Positions 11,474-24,900 of a DNA stretch of 64,000 nt are shown here, piece after piece; positions within the stretch are counted from its first letter, which is position 1, and each line of letters begins with the position of its first letter. The stretch is from assembly GCF_902652985.1 (NCBI RefSeq), contig NC_047029.1, positions 34,658,001 through 34,722,000 of the forward strand, given 5' to 3'. The position numbers were made by a program, and so were the translations under genes. Origin of the DNA: Pecten maximus. Lineage: Eukaryota. The notes below the pieces were generated by a model. The model had not been told where the DNA came from and searched no databases. It was given only the letters and a program-made list of their open reading frames with translations.

Positions 11474-14400
11474 TCACGTTCTATCCACATTGTTTCCAGT
11501 TCTATTTTTGTTGTCTTTTTGATGTTTGCCTTTTCGTTGACGTTTGCCCGTTGCAGACCCTTGCTGGTTAGAATCTCGGCCATGTTTACGTGGTGTGGGA
11601 CTGCTGTGTTGTGATGGTGTTGATGTCCATAAAGTATTCAGAGATCCTGGAGCTTGATACCTAGATAGAAACAACACAAAATGTTTGTGATGGAAAAGTT
11701 AATTGGGGAAAATAGTAACACAATTTATATTCTTGTGTAGTGATTTTGTGGCAGGCAAAATATAGACTACTGACATGCCAGAGAGGGCCCAGTGATGTGT
11801 CTATCTACATGCCTTTTCTTGAGTGATACATTGATAGTGGGTAACTGATTAACACTTTTCCCAAACAAAATGAAAACTTTAAGTTTCCCTTTTTTGTACA
11901 CTTCAATGTGACTGCATTTTTGGGAATAATATAAATTGCTTATCATCAGGTATTGGCCCTTAAGATGTAGGAAATTAGGTACAGTGTGAGGCCATGATAG
12001 GTGATCAGTGTAACCATTTGACTGTCTACCATAATACCCTACTTTGAGATTCTTATCATCCTTTACAAAATGTCACCCAGTTTAACAAATTATAACTAAT
12101 GAAAATTATCTATTAAGTAATAATAATTAAATCCTCACCCTGGATCGGCGGTGTCGACAGGTATCTTGGACAGAAGGATATAGATGGCAGGGATGTCCCG
12201 ATTCACCTTGAGTCTGAAATGTTGATATGTTGATATATTTCAAAATATTACAGCTTCGTTACTGTTCAGTTCAATACTGGCTCACCGTCACTGATTTAAT
12301 AACACAACACTACTAACCTGTCTAGTCCATAAATCTTGATAACCTGTACCGCTAACCTGTCCCACTAACCTGTCTAGTCCATCAACTTTTGATAACCTGT
12401 ACCGCTAACCTGTACCACTAACCTGTCTAGTCCATCAACCTTTGACAACCTGTACCACTAACGGTCTAGTCCATCAACCTTTGATAACCTGTACCACTAA
12501 CCAGTCTAGTCCATCAACATTTGATAACATGTACCACTAACGGTCTAGTCCACCAACCTTTGATAACCTGTACCACTAACCTGTCTAGTCCACCAACCAT
12601 TGATAACCTGTACCACTAACCTGTCTAGTCCACCAACCGTTGATAACCTGTACCACTAACCTGTCTAGTCCACCAACCGTTGATAACCTGTACCACTAAC
12701 CTGTCTAGTCCACCAATCTTTGATAACCTGTACCACTAACCTGTCTAGTCCACCAATCTTTGATAACCTGTACCACTAACCTGTCTAGTCAATCTTTGAT
12801 AACCTGTACCACTAACCTGTCCCACTAACCTGTCTAGTCCATCAACCGTTGATAACCTGTACTACTAACCTGTCTAGTCCACCAATCTTTGATAACCTGT
12901 ACCACTAACCTGTCTAGTCAAACTTTGATAACCTGCACCACTAACCTGTCTAGTCCATCAACCTTTGGTTCCCAGTATTCTTCTATCCTGAAACATCATG
13001 TAATATGTGAAAGAAAATGTTTATACATATGTATATTTAGTTTTGAAAACATGTGGAGAATTACAAACACTTCTTTCTAGGCAGTATTGAATCCTTCAAT
13101 AATAAAATAAGTATTATATTGCATATAATATATGTTAATGTAACAGATGTACATTATCTAATATGTACCTGGAATATAATATTATTATAACTTGTGTTCA
13201 TTTACACATGTATCATGGAGCAGAAAAAGGAAACCATTTTACCTTCTGTTCATAAGCCTGGTTATCTGATGTAGTGACTGGAAAAAGAGATAAAGAGTAG
13301 TCAGTAGACAACACAGGTCGCAAAGTAGATTAAAATTTCAAAATGAGTTTTTTAAAAGTAGGCCAAAGGTCACAGTCAAGGTCAGCAGGTCTGCAAATGT
13401 AATACCGATGGAAAAGTCATGTCACAAGGAACATGGATGTCAGATATGAAAGTCCTATCCTATACGTAACATAATGTGGCCAAGGTAAAAATAAACATTT
13501 AAAAGTAGATCAAAGGCCAAGGTCAGCAGATCTCCAAATGTAGCACTTGTCATAAGGAATGTCACATTGAAAGCCCTCTCTGACTACAAGAGGTTTTGAA
13601 TAGTTCAGATAAAAACTGTTGGAAGAGTTGTCCAGACAAGATTTGATCGACAGTCTTAAAAAGGGCATAACTGCCATGAAAATAGACTGATCCAAAAATT
13701 GAGGTCATGTGTTTAGTATGTCCTAAATAAACAGAGTTTTAATGAAACTTTTTCCGGACATTTATCTCACACAGACTAAAGGACAGACAACCTGATTCCA
13801 GTATGCCTCATCTAACTTTGCTGCAGTGGTATTGTAATAAGTGTGATGAGAATGAGGATATATCATATGATTCCAGCATTTTTTGCATGATTTCCACAGG
13901 TCATGAGATAGCCAATATCAGGTAAGATAGTGACTCTGCTATCATCTACAACTACAAATGTAGTGCATTAATATATATATAAATACTAAATATTTACAGC
14001 ATACCTTATTTTTCCTCTTCATGATCTCTGCACAGGATATTGCTTTTGGGATCGCTGGTCCTGATGCATTCCATGTCATCTGTTTTACCTCAGGTTCCTG
14101 TGAAAAAAAAATAACATTGACTGTACTAGACAGTTCATACTCACTGTAATGTAATGATGAGGTAATGTCAGGTTTTACTGAAAATAACATTATTTGATAT
14201 GAAATTATTTCTTACATACTATCTTAGAATTTTTCACTGTTATATAAGTATAGTTGTACCTTAGAGCTAAATAAGTGATGAATATAATGTTTCCTTAAAT
14301 TTGTCCTAGCTATGTGGACTACTCAAAAGTGACAACATAGCTCTATAATTGATGTTGTGATCAGCTGGTTACTAACATCTGGAATTCTGACACTTATTCT

Positions 14401-16290
14401 GCTGAGAAATTTTTATTAGTACAACTGCAGACCATAAGTCTTTAGTAAATCTCCACAGATTTTGAAATACTGAATCATGACTGGGATTAGCTTGTTTCTT
14501 GATTGTGGGGGTGGGGGTAGGAGTTGGGGATGCAATAACTCAGTCAGTTCGGACACAGCCACGTAATCAAAGGTGAAGATCCGAGGTGTGTGGTTCGACC
14601 CTCCCTACTTATGTTGGTTTGTATTTCTCTTGAAAATGAGAAACAGGCTGGCCTTTGCTGTCGTGGTTTTGTCTTTGTGTAAGACACTTTACCCTTTTTG
14701 CTCTGGATAGCATGCGACGGGCCTCGAGGATGTTGCTCAGTGAGGTACTGTAGTCACCAACTACTACCAGGAGACCCCTCCTAAAAATGACCTTGGCTGT
14801 TCATAGGCCTACAAACCCAGCTAAAAAACTTGGGAAAAATTAGATCTGTCATTAGAATGGCTGAGTTAAATATCCCTCTCTCCTAAAACCACTCTGAATT
14901 CCTCTCTGACCTGAATGGTTGATTAAGATAAAAAAAAGACCAAAATAGCAGATCAAAGGCATGTGCCAGTAGACAAGTTCAATGTACATGTGTGTTAGCT
15001 ACAATAGTTTAAAAAAAAATTGGATGAAAGTTTGTAGACAAAATCTTGTCCAGATAATAAGATTTTGTCTAAAAACATATTTATGTGAACATTATATACA
15101 AGTATTTCACAATTGCAAAAACAGTCATATAAACTTATAATTATTAATTACTGTTGTAGGCCCGGATGGAAGCACACAAAGGGTCTTACATTGGGAGTAC
15201 ACAGAGGAAATATCCCACATGATTGAGCAGGGGATCCCATTAAATCATGGAATCAACCCCCGACCACCTTTGTGAAAGGCAAGTGTATTACCACTGTGAC
15301 ACCCAAACATGTCTGCACTAACTATATGTCAAGGGGCAAACATAAATATTGCATCTCCAGACTGATGAAAGGACAACCTGGATTCTAGTTTATCATAGCG
15401 GGTATATATGTATGCCTTTAAATATATACATTATGGTACATGTACCTAACTTTGTTTAGGGAATGAAATAACTACCAAATGTATTTCTTTTATGGCAAAT
15501 AGCCAAAGAATCTATTTTTAGATGAAGGAATTCCATGGGAGTACACGTACATCATGAATCATGGTATAACTTAAAGGTCATTATAAGATATTGGACCAGA
15601 AACTCCTATTGGTAATCTTTGGTCTGACTGGCTTAGAATTCTTCAACTGAGTATACACAGTCCTATAATATTGACCACTTATCGTTCGACCTTTGATTAT
15701 ACATTAACTGATCTTTTGTACTGCTTTTAAGAAAATAATTAATCATTCATCAAAGAAGACAAAATTTAGATAGTGTTAAACTTCACCAGGAGATCACCTG
15801 GCCATAACACCAGACTCAATTACCGAATCCTAAACGATTATTACCATATTTGACCAAATAAGCACACCTACCCCCCCATAAGTGCACCCTAATATTTTTC
15901 AAGAACATATAAAAAATTCTTTAACACACAGATAGACTCCCAATTTTTTTTAATATTTGATATTTTAACCAAGGACTCAAAATTGTTTTTCACTACATAA
16001 AGGTATGTAATATGACGCAAAAAAAATATTTTACACCCAAAATTCACACAGACATGTTTCCCTGTACTTGATTTTGTTAAAAACACCCTTTTTTGTTGTG
16101 GGAAGTTCACTTATTAAAAGGTCAAATAAGGTATCTGATTTAGCACCACCTTGATTTTCTTCATGGAATATCCAAGAAGGTTCCTAATCTTGCTGCCTGC
16201 TGTAACTTTCATCTCCACCCCAGAATTTTCCAGTGGAAATGGAACAGAAGTGGGGACCTCATGTACTTCTCCCTTAGTATAGTTCTCCAT
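11474..16290 (-). CDS. RPP25L: Ribonuclease P/MRP subunit p25-like protein (Alba domain), 6 coding exons
   Basis: Minus-strand exons 16290-16150 (MENYTKGEV...EMKVTAGSKIRNLLGYSMKKIK), 14097-14005 (EPEVKQMTWNASGPAIPKAISCAEIMKRKNK), 13277-13243 (SLHQITRLMNR), 12987-12946 (IEEYWEPKVDGLD), 12213-12139 (LKVNRDIPAIYILLSKIPVDTADP) and 11660-11474 (GYQAPGS...basic tail, stop). All GT-AG and phase-consistent. MENY start, GSKIRN, KAISCAE, LHQIT, WEP..GLD, ILLSK and GYQ.P are RPP25/RPP25L hallmarks. Confidence 0.9.
12312..12966 (-). repeat. About 40-bp minisatellite, about 16 copies, containing the 3' end of an RPP25L exon and its splice donor
   Basis: Minus-strand unit GTTATCAAAGGTTGATGGACTAGACAG-GTTAGTGGTACAG; the terminal unit overlaps the real exon end at 12946. 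Confidence 0.93.
13340..13835. mobile_element. Degenerate HINE-like remnant in an RPP25L intron
   Basis: Two degenerate AAAAGTAG..CAAAGG(T/C)CA...CAAGGTCAGCAG...TGTCA.AAGGAA cores followed by a GGACAGACA tract. Confidence 0.4.
14535..14825 (+). mobile_element. tRNA-derived SINE remnant
   Basis: A-box-like TAACTCAGTCAG, B-box-like GGTTCGACCC, CORE/V-like TGTCTTTGTGTAAGACACTTTACC and a 3' AAATGACCTTGGCTGTT...AAACC tail. Confidence 0.55.
15160..15305 (-). mobile_element. tRNA-derived SINE remnant
   Basis: The minus strand reads GGTGTCACAGTGGTAATACACTTGCCTTTCACAAAGGTGGTCGGGGGTTGATTCC (A- and B-box-like head) with no complete cloverleaf. Confidence 0.45.
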
Positions 16291-17664
16291 GTCAACACCA
16301 CCAAGTTTCACTTCAATGTATGCACAGGTGCGAGGATACACAGAGTGTGTCAACTGGAAAAGTAAACAGAAAAATGTCAGGCTCATGTGTATAAAACTTT
16401 TTAGCAGTAGTTATTCTTGTAAACTGGTTTGCAATATCCAGTATCCACTGGTCACTTTCCGTTCAGAAATGACTGCTATTTTACCACCGAGTTACAACTT
16501 CAGTGAGATTCTATGGAAATAAAAATGTGTTTAACATGCCATGTCCTAGTCCGTTGCCTGTCATGTCCATACCAAGAGCATAATTGTTATTTTCTTTACC
16601 TCAGCAGCTGATAGTTAGGCAGTATTATTCATTATAGTTTGTTTGCAATCATGCAACCAATTTTGGTGTAGAAATTGTCTGATAAGGTGAGGTGGTAGAA
16701 AGTGATTGTCGTACCATGTCCACATGAATGTCATCATTACATGCTTTAAAAAAAATGGTTGAAATTGAGTCATTTAGGAGCAGTAAGGGTGAGGTTCCCA
16801 GAGCACTCCTTATATTTAGGAGGAGAAGTAGTGTTCTAGGGGCAAAGTTGGGGTTACAAAAGACAATGACAGTCACTTATTGTACTAAAGTTATCTGACT
16901 ATCATTAGTATTAACATAATTACAAAGCTAAGAAACTTCTTCTCGTGTAAAAATCGACAAGTACATGTACAGCTGGTGTAGTCTATTACCCGATTAACCG
17001 GTCTTGGTTAACCACGTGCACGGTTACTTCGTACACAGATATTTGAAGCCGTTTAGAGTTATTAATGGAATAAAATAATTTAAGTCAACTCACTGACAAA
17101 TATAGGCCCAATCTCAGAACTTTTGACTAGGCCTACATCGTTGCAGGGCCATCCATGGATTACACAACTCGTCCAAATATTGTGTGCGATCACAGAAAGC
17201 CATTCGGAAGTAATCGGATACTCTGTAGCCACAGTTACGTACACGAAAGTGAAAGTAGAATAATTTTAGAAAGTAAAAGTAGAATATGATATACCTCTAC
17301 AACAACTTATTATTCTATAAAATTACTTATTGTTACTTCTAGTGATCCAATCCTTTAAATGGGACATTTTAATTCAAATGATGTAAAAAATTAAACGTTT
17401 AAGTTTTCGCTTCCTACAAAATGATGGATCGATACATCAGAGACATATATATGTCTCTGGATACATGTACGTTTTTAAAATTGGGATCTAAGTATGAGGC
17501 GCCAAATCACTTTTTGTTATCAAGAATTATTTATTGATAAAAGTAGATTTTTCCGAATTCTACCAATTTTGTAGGCCCTTAAGTTTATACTGTGCATTCG
17601 AAACACATGCAACATTCAACATGGCCTCCTTGACCGTCATCTTGAAAATCATTCAAATATACTA

Positions 17665-18335
17665 ATAGATAGAGGATAATGAATGGTTTCCCGCTTAATG
17701 TAACATATATTTCACTAGTATGACAGGATATCGATATTTTCACGAGTGCGAAGCACGAGTGAAAAATATCGAAATATTCTGTCATACGAGTGAAATATAT
17801 ATTGTATTTAACGGGAAATCATTCAATTTTCTTTTTATTGTATTTCATAAACTTTAAATCAAAATTAAAAACATCGAAAAATCAATAGTTAAAAAAATGC
17901 GGGAATCAGTAATGACGTCAGCTCTTTGTGACGTTACTTCACGTCAACTTGACGGCGCCATTTTGAAAGGACTGATCAGCGCAATTTAAGCGTTTTCTGC
18001 TGTTATTGGAGAATCTGTGCATGAATAGCTAGCATCAAGTGAGTATTTTGTCAAAAACTATTCAGAATATTTCAGAAATACAGCAAAATAACCAATTTAT
18101 CTATCTTCGCTTCGATTGGAAAAATCGGCAAGTTTCGACGAAGTGAATACAAAGGTCCGCTCTGATTGGTCAAAAACGGAAAACTTGTATTTCACAGCAA
18201 AACTTATATTTTCATTGCAAAATCTTATATCTTCACTGCAAAATCTTATATGTTCACTGCTCATCGCTGCAGTGAAAATATAGGTTTTATTAGTTTGAAT
18301 AATTTCTGTATTTCACCGGCAAAAATGCAATAAAG
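17665..18335. mobile_element. Non-autonomous palindromic DNA element (possibly Crypton-derived)
   Basis: About 150-bp imperfect palindrome 17678-17826 centred on TTTCACGAGTGCGAAGCACGAGTGAAA, a second inverted pair TTTATTGTATTT (about 17834) / AAATGCAATAAA (about 18323), and short internal ACTTATATTTTCACTGCAAA repeats. The superfamily assignment is inference. Confidence 0.5.
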
Positions 18336-19355
18336 AAGTATAATGACCGCACGGAGCCTCGAACTAGCGATGTCTCGCTCTCAAGACTAGATTACCCGCT
18401 AGCGTGTTCTCTCCGGCAATGTTACAATATATTGATTTACTTTAATTTAAACATCTTTGTTGAGTATTTTTTCAACATAGCCGTATAATATTCTTTTGAC
18501 CCCGGATATGACGCGACAGGTGGCATTACTGGTCAAGATGAAGTATGTGATTGGTCATCATGAAAACTATGCCGTTTATCTTTTTTAAAGATATTTCTTG
18601 TTAACATCTTCCAACAGATTATTGGCATTTCCAAAACATCTGCCTTCCTCTCATTTTATATTTAACATTGAAAAGTTATGAAATTATCAGGTAACATAGA
18701 CCAAAATGATATCGGTGATGTTTTACCTTTTAGTAACGTTAATAAAAAGCTTTATTAATCATATAGACCGATTTTATCAGGTAGAACTTGAAACTTCAAA
18801 CGTAACGTGCATGCATAAAGCTTACAACTAATTATATATAAGGTACATATATATGCTAATTATTATAAGCGTGCTGATTTCAGTTTCCCATTTTTAGACA
18901 GTAACATTACATGATGTCCCAGTTGATTCGATATTCTAGGACTATAGCTTATTGCTCCCGTTATCACGATTTCCATATGGCACCTGTGGACTACTGACTT
19001 CAAAAAGGTATGGAGATATACGGGTTCATGAAAACAATAGGAAGTTTTGAGGTCGACACATGATGTCATTGAGATATATACTTAAATGTGCGATATAAAG
19101 CATGACGTATTTGGTGACATTTCTGTGGTTCAGAACTACGTGAACTCAAGTTTGCATTATCTACATGGACATGCATTCTGTCCTGTTGATCAATGCTGAA
19201 CTCAAGTATTATGTTTACTGATCAATAGAAACGAGCACATGTGACTGAATGTGACCCGGATTTAACCTTTAAGCAGAAACGTCACCATTCCGGTATACAC
19301 TAATACTAACGTCTGTTCCAAGATCAAGAAATTTACATGAAATATTACAAAAATG

Positions 19356-19359
19356 CCCC

Positions 19360-19390
<31 letters not shown>

Positions 19391-19396
19391 AAAAAA
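19356..19396. repeat. C25-A16 homopolymer run
   Basis: Directly visible; a long T run also lies at about 19892-19915. Confidence 0.9.
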
Positions 19397-21014
19397 CCGC
19401 CACGCCACAGAACACTCACTGGCGCGGATGTACTCGTACATGATATAATTAAATGGCACATTTTCCCTATAGATGCATCCCGATAATCACCAACTTACTA
19501 AATATATCTGATATAGGATACATAACTGAACACATCGACAGACAGTGAAATTCGAACAAAAAAATCGAAAGTCATAGATTTGGCGTAAAATCAATCGACT
19601 GATACCATGGAATAAATAATTCTATAAATAATGCCGTATGCACTTATGGTAACCTTTGTGAGAATGCCGTCTCCTTATAAATGAAAGTATATCCTTATCT
19701 AAAATTTTAACTTTTTAAATGTTGAATTCAACACTAGAAACAATCTTGTTTGGAAACCCGAATCTGGCCGAGTTCTCTAAGGTGAAGCCAAAACTGTTGT
19801 ATGCTAGTAACAGTAAAATTTAGAATCACATTTTGCTTTTGTTTGTATCAAAATAAATGAAAAAACATACTTGCAGGGACTCCCCTATTAGTTTTTTTTT
19901 TTTTTTTTTTTTTTTAATGAATTGTTCATTTGGATAGCAACGGGTACTTCAGGTATAAATCCCGTCCAGCAGGGATGGTCTAGTGTCACGTAACCCCGCA
20001 CGCTTATATCATCATTAAGATATTACACACAGTACAACTGCTCTATCCGGGTAGATCCAGTCTACAAACAAAACTCACGTGACAGCTAAAAGATAAAGGA
20101 AAAACAGAAAACATTTTTAACATGGAAAAACCTTTATCATTTTAGATCTGTACCTCGAGGATTTGTTTCTGTGCAACCTAAGCATTTCCATTGGACACAA
20201 CGATATGAGCCCATCCTTAAGTTCCCATCCCATCATGCTAGATTATAAACTGAATTTTATCTTTCCAGTAGTTAGATGAAGGGAGGATGGCTGCGTGGTG
20301 GTACCAAACTTTGTTGATATTTTTATTGGCGTGGAGTATAGGAACCTTCGGTAGGTGGTGTTTTCCTCAATGTAATGTAATGTATTCTTTATGATAATAA
20401 CCATACACTCAAAGTGGTACTGTCGATTTCGTGACGTAACATTAGAGGCCGTTGATATCATTGAAAATTATATCCACGTACATTGTATGCCAAAGCAGCG
20501 CATAATCGTGAATATTGACAGCAATTTTTCCAGAAATGGTTTAAACAAAATACATCTGTTATTTGTATCTTAGAAAACTTACGTGTGTATATACGATTAT
20601 GTCACGTGATGTACATTGAAGTGTATATGTTGTATTTATGGAGAAGAGTTCTTAAGTTGTAAGAACTTGTCTCTCACCTATTTGTCATTTTAAACAATAG
20701 AATATGTTTGGAGCAATCGACTGTAATGTTGTAGCTACATGTACTTTCTTTGATCTGATTTATTGTATATTGACGTGAGAGCGTTTACAGCGACTTCTAT
20801 TAATGTATGCCGGGGTTTATCCAGTGAGACTTTTCACAATCTAAAAATGGAAATAATTGGAGCTGAAGGATTTCACTGGGTATCCGAATTATTTTAATGT
20901 AAACCACACTAGTATTTGATATATGTAATCATTTAACCTTTTGATTACCTGATTGTCTAAACTGCACCTGTATATCTTTACCCATAATGCACCTGTATAT
21001 ATTTACCTATACTG

Positions 21015-21133
21015 TAGACTGGATTACCTGCCGTAGTTTTTCTACTCTCCGCTAGGCATCGAATTCGCTTCCAAAATATTCACGAGCGCAGCCTAGCGGA
21101 GAGAAATGGTACTAAGACAGGTAGTCCAGTCTA
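21015..21133. mobile_element. 119-bp MITE with a perfect 9-bp target-site duplication
   Basis: TIRs TAGACTGGATTACCTG / CAGGTAGTCCAGTCTA, inner pair CTCTCCGCTAGG / CCTAGCGGAGAG, and TSD CCTATACTG at 21006-21014 and 21134-21142. Confidence 0.85.
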
Positions 21134-21192
21134 CCTATACTGCACCTGTATATATTTACCCAAAAATTGACAACAGCCAATAAACGTTTCAG

Positions 21193-21987
21193 GAGATGAC
21201 CCATGTCATACACAACATATTCTACCGGATATGGACCATCGAGGTCTCAATTCTACCCTTGGTCATGGTAGTCATATCATCGATGACCACTACAATATCC
21301 CGTCTGGAGGACAATGGTTCCGCGTAGAATCACAACACATGCTGAACGATGTGTCACTCATTCACGAATTGAAGGCCTGTGGAACAGTGTTTCCCATCTA
21401 TTTGAAAGGTAGGTACAATTTCATGAGAGTAAAATCAAAATTTGCAAAATTGCAATATATGTATGATGTCTTGAAATGAACAGCGTCCGTATGACTGAGA
21501 GTACCTCTACATCCTGCATTCCCGGCTTTGCTGATTTACAGGATGTTTATCATACCATAATAACGATTACTTATAATGTTTAATTTATAGGAAAATATTG
21601 ACTTGGCTTCTTTTCAGTTGTAGTGCTTAGTAAAAGAGATGACGTTTTTGTTTCAATACAAACACAGCCATACACATATTTATCTTCATTACATAACTAA
21701 TTTAACTTTAAAACAACATACTTTTTCTCATTGTCAAACCATGACAGTATCATTGTCATAACCAACAGTTCATTCAACACGTTTTAAATTCACTGTTACG
21801 ACAAATTGAATTGTTGTTTCAGGAAGTTTACCTAGCACGAATGACGGCGTTGTCGACAGAGTTGCTTGCACGGTGGGCTTTGGCAGTCTATGTCAACACC
21901 CAATGACTATCCAGATAAAAAATTGTGGGGACTATTCAGTTTATTTCCTGGAACGACCAGCCAGTACATCGTCAGCATACTGCTTCT
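21193..21987 (+). CDS. Two exons encoding a UMOD/GP2/OIT3-type D8C domain (N-terminal domain of the VWDE-like protein)
   Basis: Exon 21193-21408 (DDPCHTQHIL...QWFRVESQHM...CGTVFPIYLK) and exon 21823-21987 (GSLPSTNDGVVDRVAC...IQIKNCGDYSVYFLERP...AYCF) show the DPC/WFR/CGT..P/IKNC/YC pattern of D8C. The pair ends in phase 1, matching module exon 1. Confidence 0.82.
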
Positions 21988-24900
21988 GTAAGTTTACAAA
22001 TTCATTCATGTAGTATTTTAATGGCGCTGATCCAAATCGCTAATAAAATGCATCGCACCCGCTTCCATGACGTAAGAATATTTATGAAGCGACTCTAGCT
22101 GATTATTATTTCAGAATACAAGGGCATAAGAGAACAACAGAGTGCTTAATTTGTATATAGGCCTGTTTCGTCGATAGGGACATCTCAATACGACTGTAGG
22201 AGTCTTGCTTGTCAGCATGACCAAAAACCTCAAACCCCACGATTATTGTCGTGTACCAGTTAGGGTAAAGTTTTTCGAGATGGTGGTGGGATTGACTATT
22301 ATTATCAAAGAAGAAAGTAGCGCACTTAAAGTTACAAAACTCACTTATCTATATGAACAATATGACCGAAAAAGTAAAAAGTAAGATTAAGAAATAGTTG
22401 AAATTGATATTGCAACAAGTATCGGGTGCTGTTTAGTTACAACTGTGACTACCTCGCAAAGTTGGGCGAGCATTGGGTCTTGATTCGGCGCAATGTTTTG
22501 CCCATATTAAATGATAAAAAAAACAGCCTAATGTTTATCTTTATTGCCAGAAAGACTCCCCGATGACACCCGCAGTTAACCAATATGATGTTTACGCTCA
22601 TAATTACATAATATGTATATACTGTATGTGATATCTACAAAAACAAAGGAAACTACCAGTATTTTGTTTACGTTATGGATTAGTTTTCACGAATTTTATA
22701 GCAAGTTTAGACGAAAATGTTATGGATTGGTCCCAAATAATGACTACAATGGAAACATCTTCTTCGGTCAGAACTGAGTGGACCTTTAGAAATGACAAAA
22801 TGTCAAATTATATCAATTCAGTACAGTTATAAGTGGGGTAAATTAAGTTCCTACACTTTCGGAATGTATTTAAACATGTTTCTGTCATATTCACAGAATA
22901 CCTTACATCATTAGGTATACAAATGCTTCATAACGCTTATCACTGTGCATAGGAGTTGATGCTAACTTGTGTTTATTTGGGTTATATGCATTTTGACACC
23001 ACCAAAGAAAGATACCGGAAGTGAAAACGCCGCCATTTTAGATTCTATACAGTCTAGCAGTTGGAAAAGCTTTTTCATACCTTCCATACATGTTAATCCT
23101 GTATGAAATAGAAAACTCTGTACTATCCTCTATATAGCCTATTTTTACTATTTTGGTTATTGATAACAATATTAATATAAAACAAAAACAAAAAAACTAT
23201 AGTAGATAAAATGCGTTAAATAAGCTGTTTACCCCGATCTCTTTTTTAGCATCGAAAAAAGGTATATTGTGCCCCCAAAAGTAAAACCTAAATACTTTCA
23301 AACTTAAATACCAAACCTGTTCCAATAACGTTGCTAATTAATATCCCCTTGGTAAAGGCCGTCTTGATCTTGTCTGTCTTCTGAATGTCCACAGGTTTGG
23401 TTTCTATGAGTATTGAGATACGTATAATGTAATTCAAGTCTATCATTCAGTATGCACGTCTTTAACATTGAGTAGGATTACTAACTTCATACTGTATTAT
23501 GCCTTTTCCGCTGTACNNNNNNNNNNNNNNNNNNNNNNNNNNNNNNNNNNNNNNNNNNNNNNNNNNNNNNNNNNNNNNNNNNNNNNNNNNNNNNNNNNNN
23601 NNNNNNNNNNNNNNNNTGGCACTTCTTGCTGGAAGTATAAGAGTGGCCATTTGGTAATTTGTAAAAACCTAATGTTTATTTGGAAGTTAAATAATCACAA
23701 TAATTCATTCTAAATAATTCTTGTGTTTATCCAGACTACACCTTCCGTAACCCTGTACAGAGACAACGCCACTGCATTCATTGTTGTCAAACCTACGGTT
23801 CCCATTGGCTGCCCGGCATTATATCAAGATGGCTGTGAGGTTGTAGTAGAACTGATTCTTCCCGAGACATATAAATGTAGGTAAGAAACAGCAAATATAT
23901 AGGTCGGAATCCTCTTGTACTCGTGGAGGTAAGTATGTGCAAAAGGCATCACACTGTTAGCAAGGTAGATACATGTATATGAATTGAATCTTTTCCCTGA
24001 ACTTGTAAAGAAAACATATAGTATTGGAATCTCAGTATGTTCAGAAACACGTGATTCTCTCATTTCCTATTTTATTGCGGGTGATGAACTTGCATGCTTT
24101 CTTCTGTACACATGAGGTGATTTCTTCTACACAAAATTTTCCCGGCGTTGTCTCTGGGCGATGACAGTATGGAGCTTATCATATTTTGTCTTACTTTGAT
24201 AAATTGATTGGTCATTTTGATAGTAACCTGAAATAAGGCAACCGTCATTTTTTCTCAATAAATATCTTCAGTTATACATCAAATCATGAATATATTGCAA
24301 ATGTGTTAAACAGGAACCTTATCTAAAATGCAGGTGTAATTGTTTCATGCATGCTTAATATGGAGGGTATTAAATTTGACGAAGTGTAAAAATAACCGCT
24401 GGAGTAAAGTTGGAACCAGTTAATTTATACTCATGTAGAGGCAGTGTAGGGGCCATTCTGCCTGTCGGGGCCCAGACATGTGGTAAACACATCCGCCATG
24501 ATGAGTGGGATCAAGAACACAAGATCTACATCGCTTGGTTGGATGACCAGACATATAACGGACATCCGGACAGTTACAGAGTTAATCTTCGTACGGCTGT
24601 CAACAACTACAATCCGCTCTGGAGTAATGTCGCACTTGATGACGTCAACGTATGTATAGATCATTGTCATTCAAATAATGTTGTAAAACTCATAGACATG
24701 TAAAACGGTTGTGAATGTACATTGATGACGTTTACAAAAGTCTAGATAACACGTATAATCAGGAACGATGACATTAATCAGTACAGCTTTGATAGAGAAA
24801 GCAATATTGTTTGGTATTATTGTCTAAACGTTCTTTTGGTTTGTAACACACGATTGGAGTAACCATAGCCACTTCTTTCCTTTTAAACTAAACTTGAGTT

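Noticed and set aside
18383-20064. Large element bounded by AGACTAGATTACCC and GGGTAGATCCAGTCTA, resembling the 21015 MITE termini
   Set aside because: The ends are degenerate and no target-site duplication flanks them.
18900-20900. Signal-peptide or first exon of the VWDE-like gene
   Set aside because: Several ATGs and a TATAAA near 19954 exist, but none gave a convincing hydrophobic leader with a phase-1 donor.
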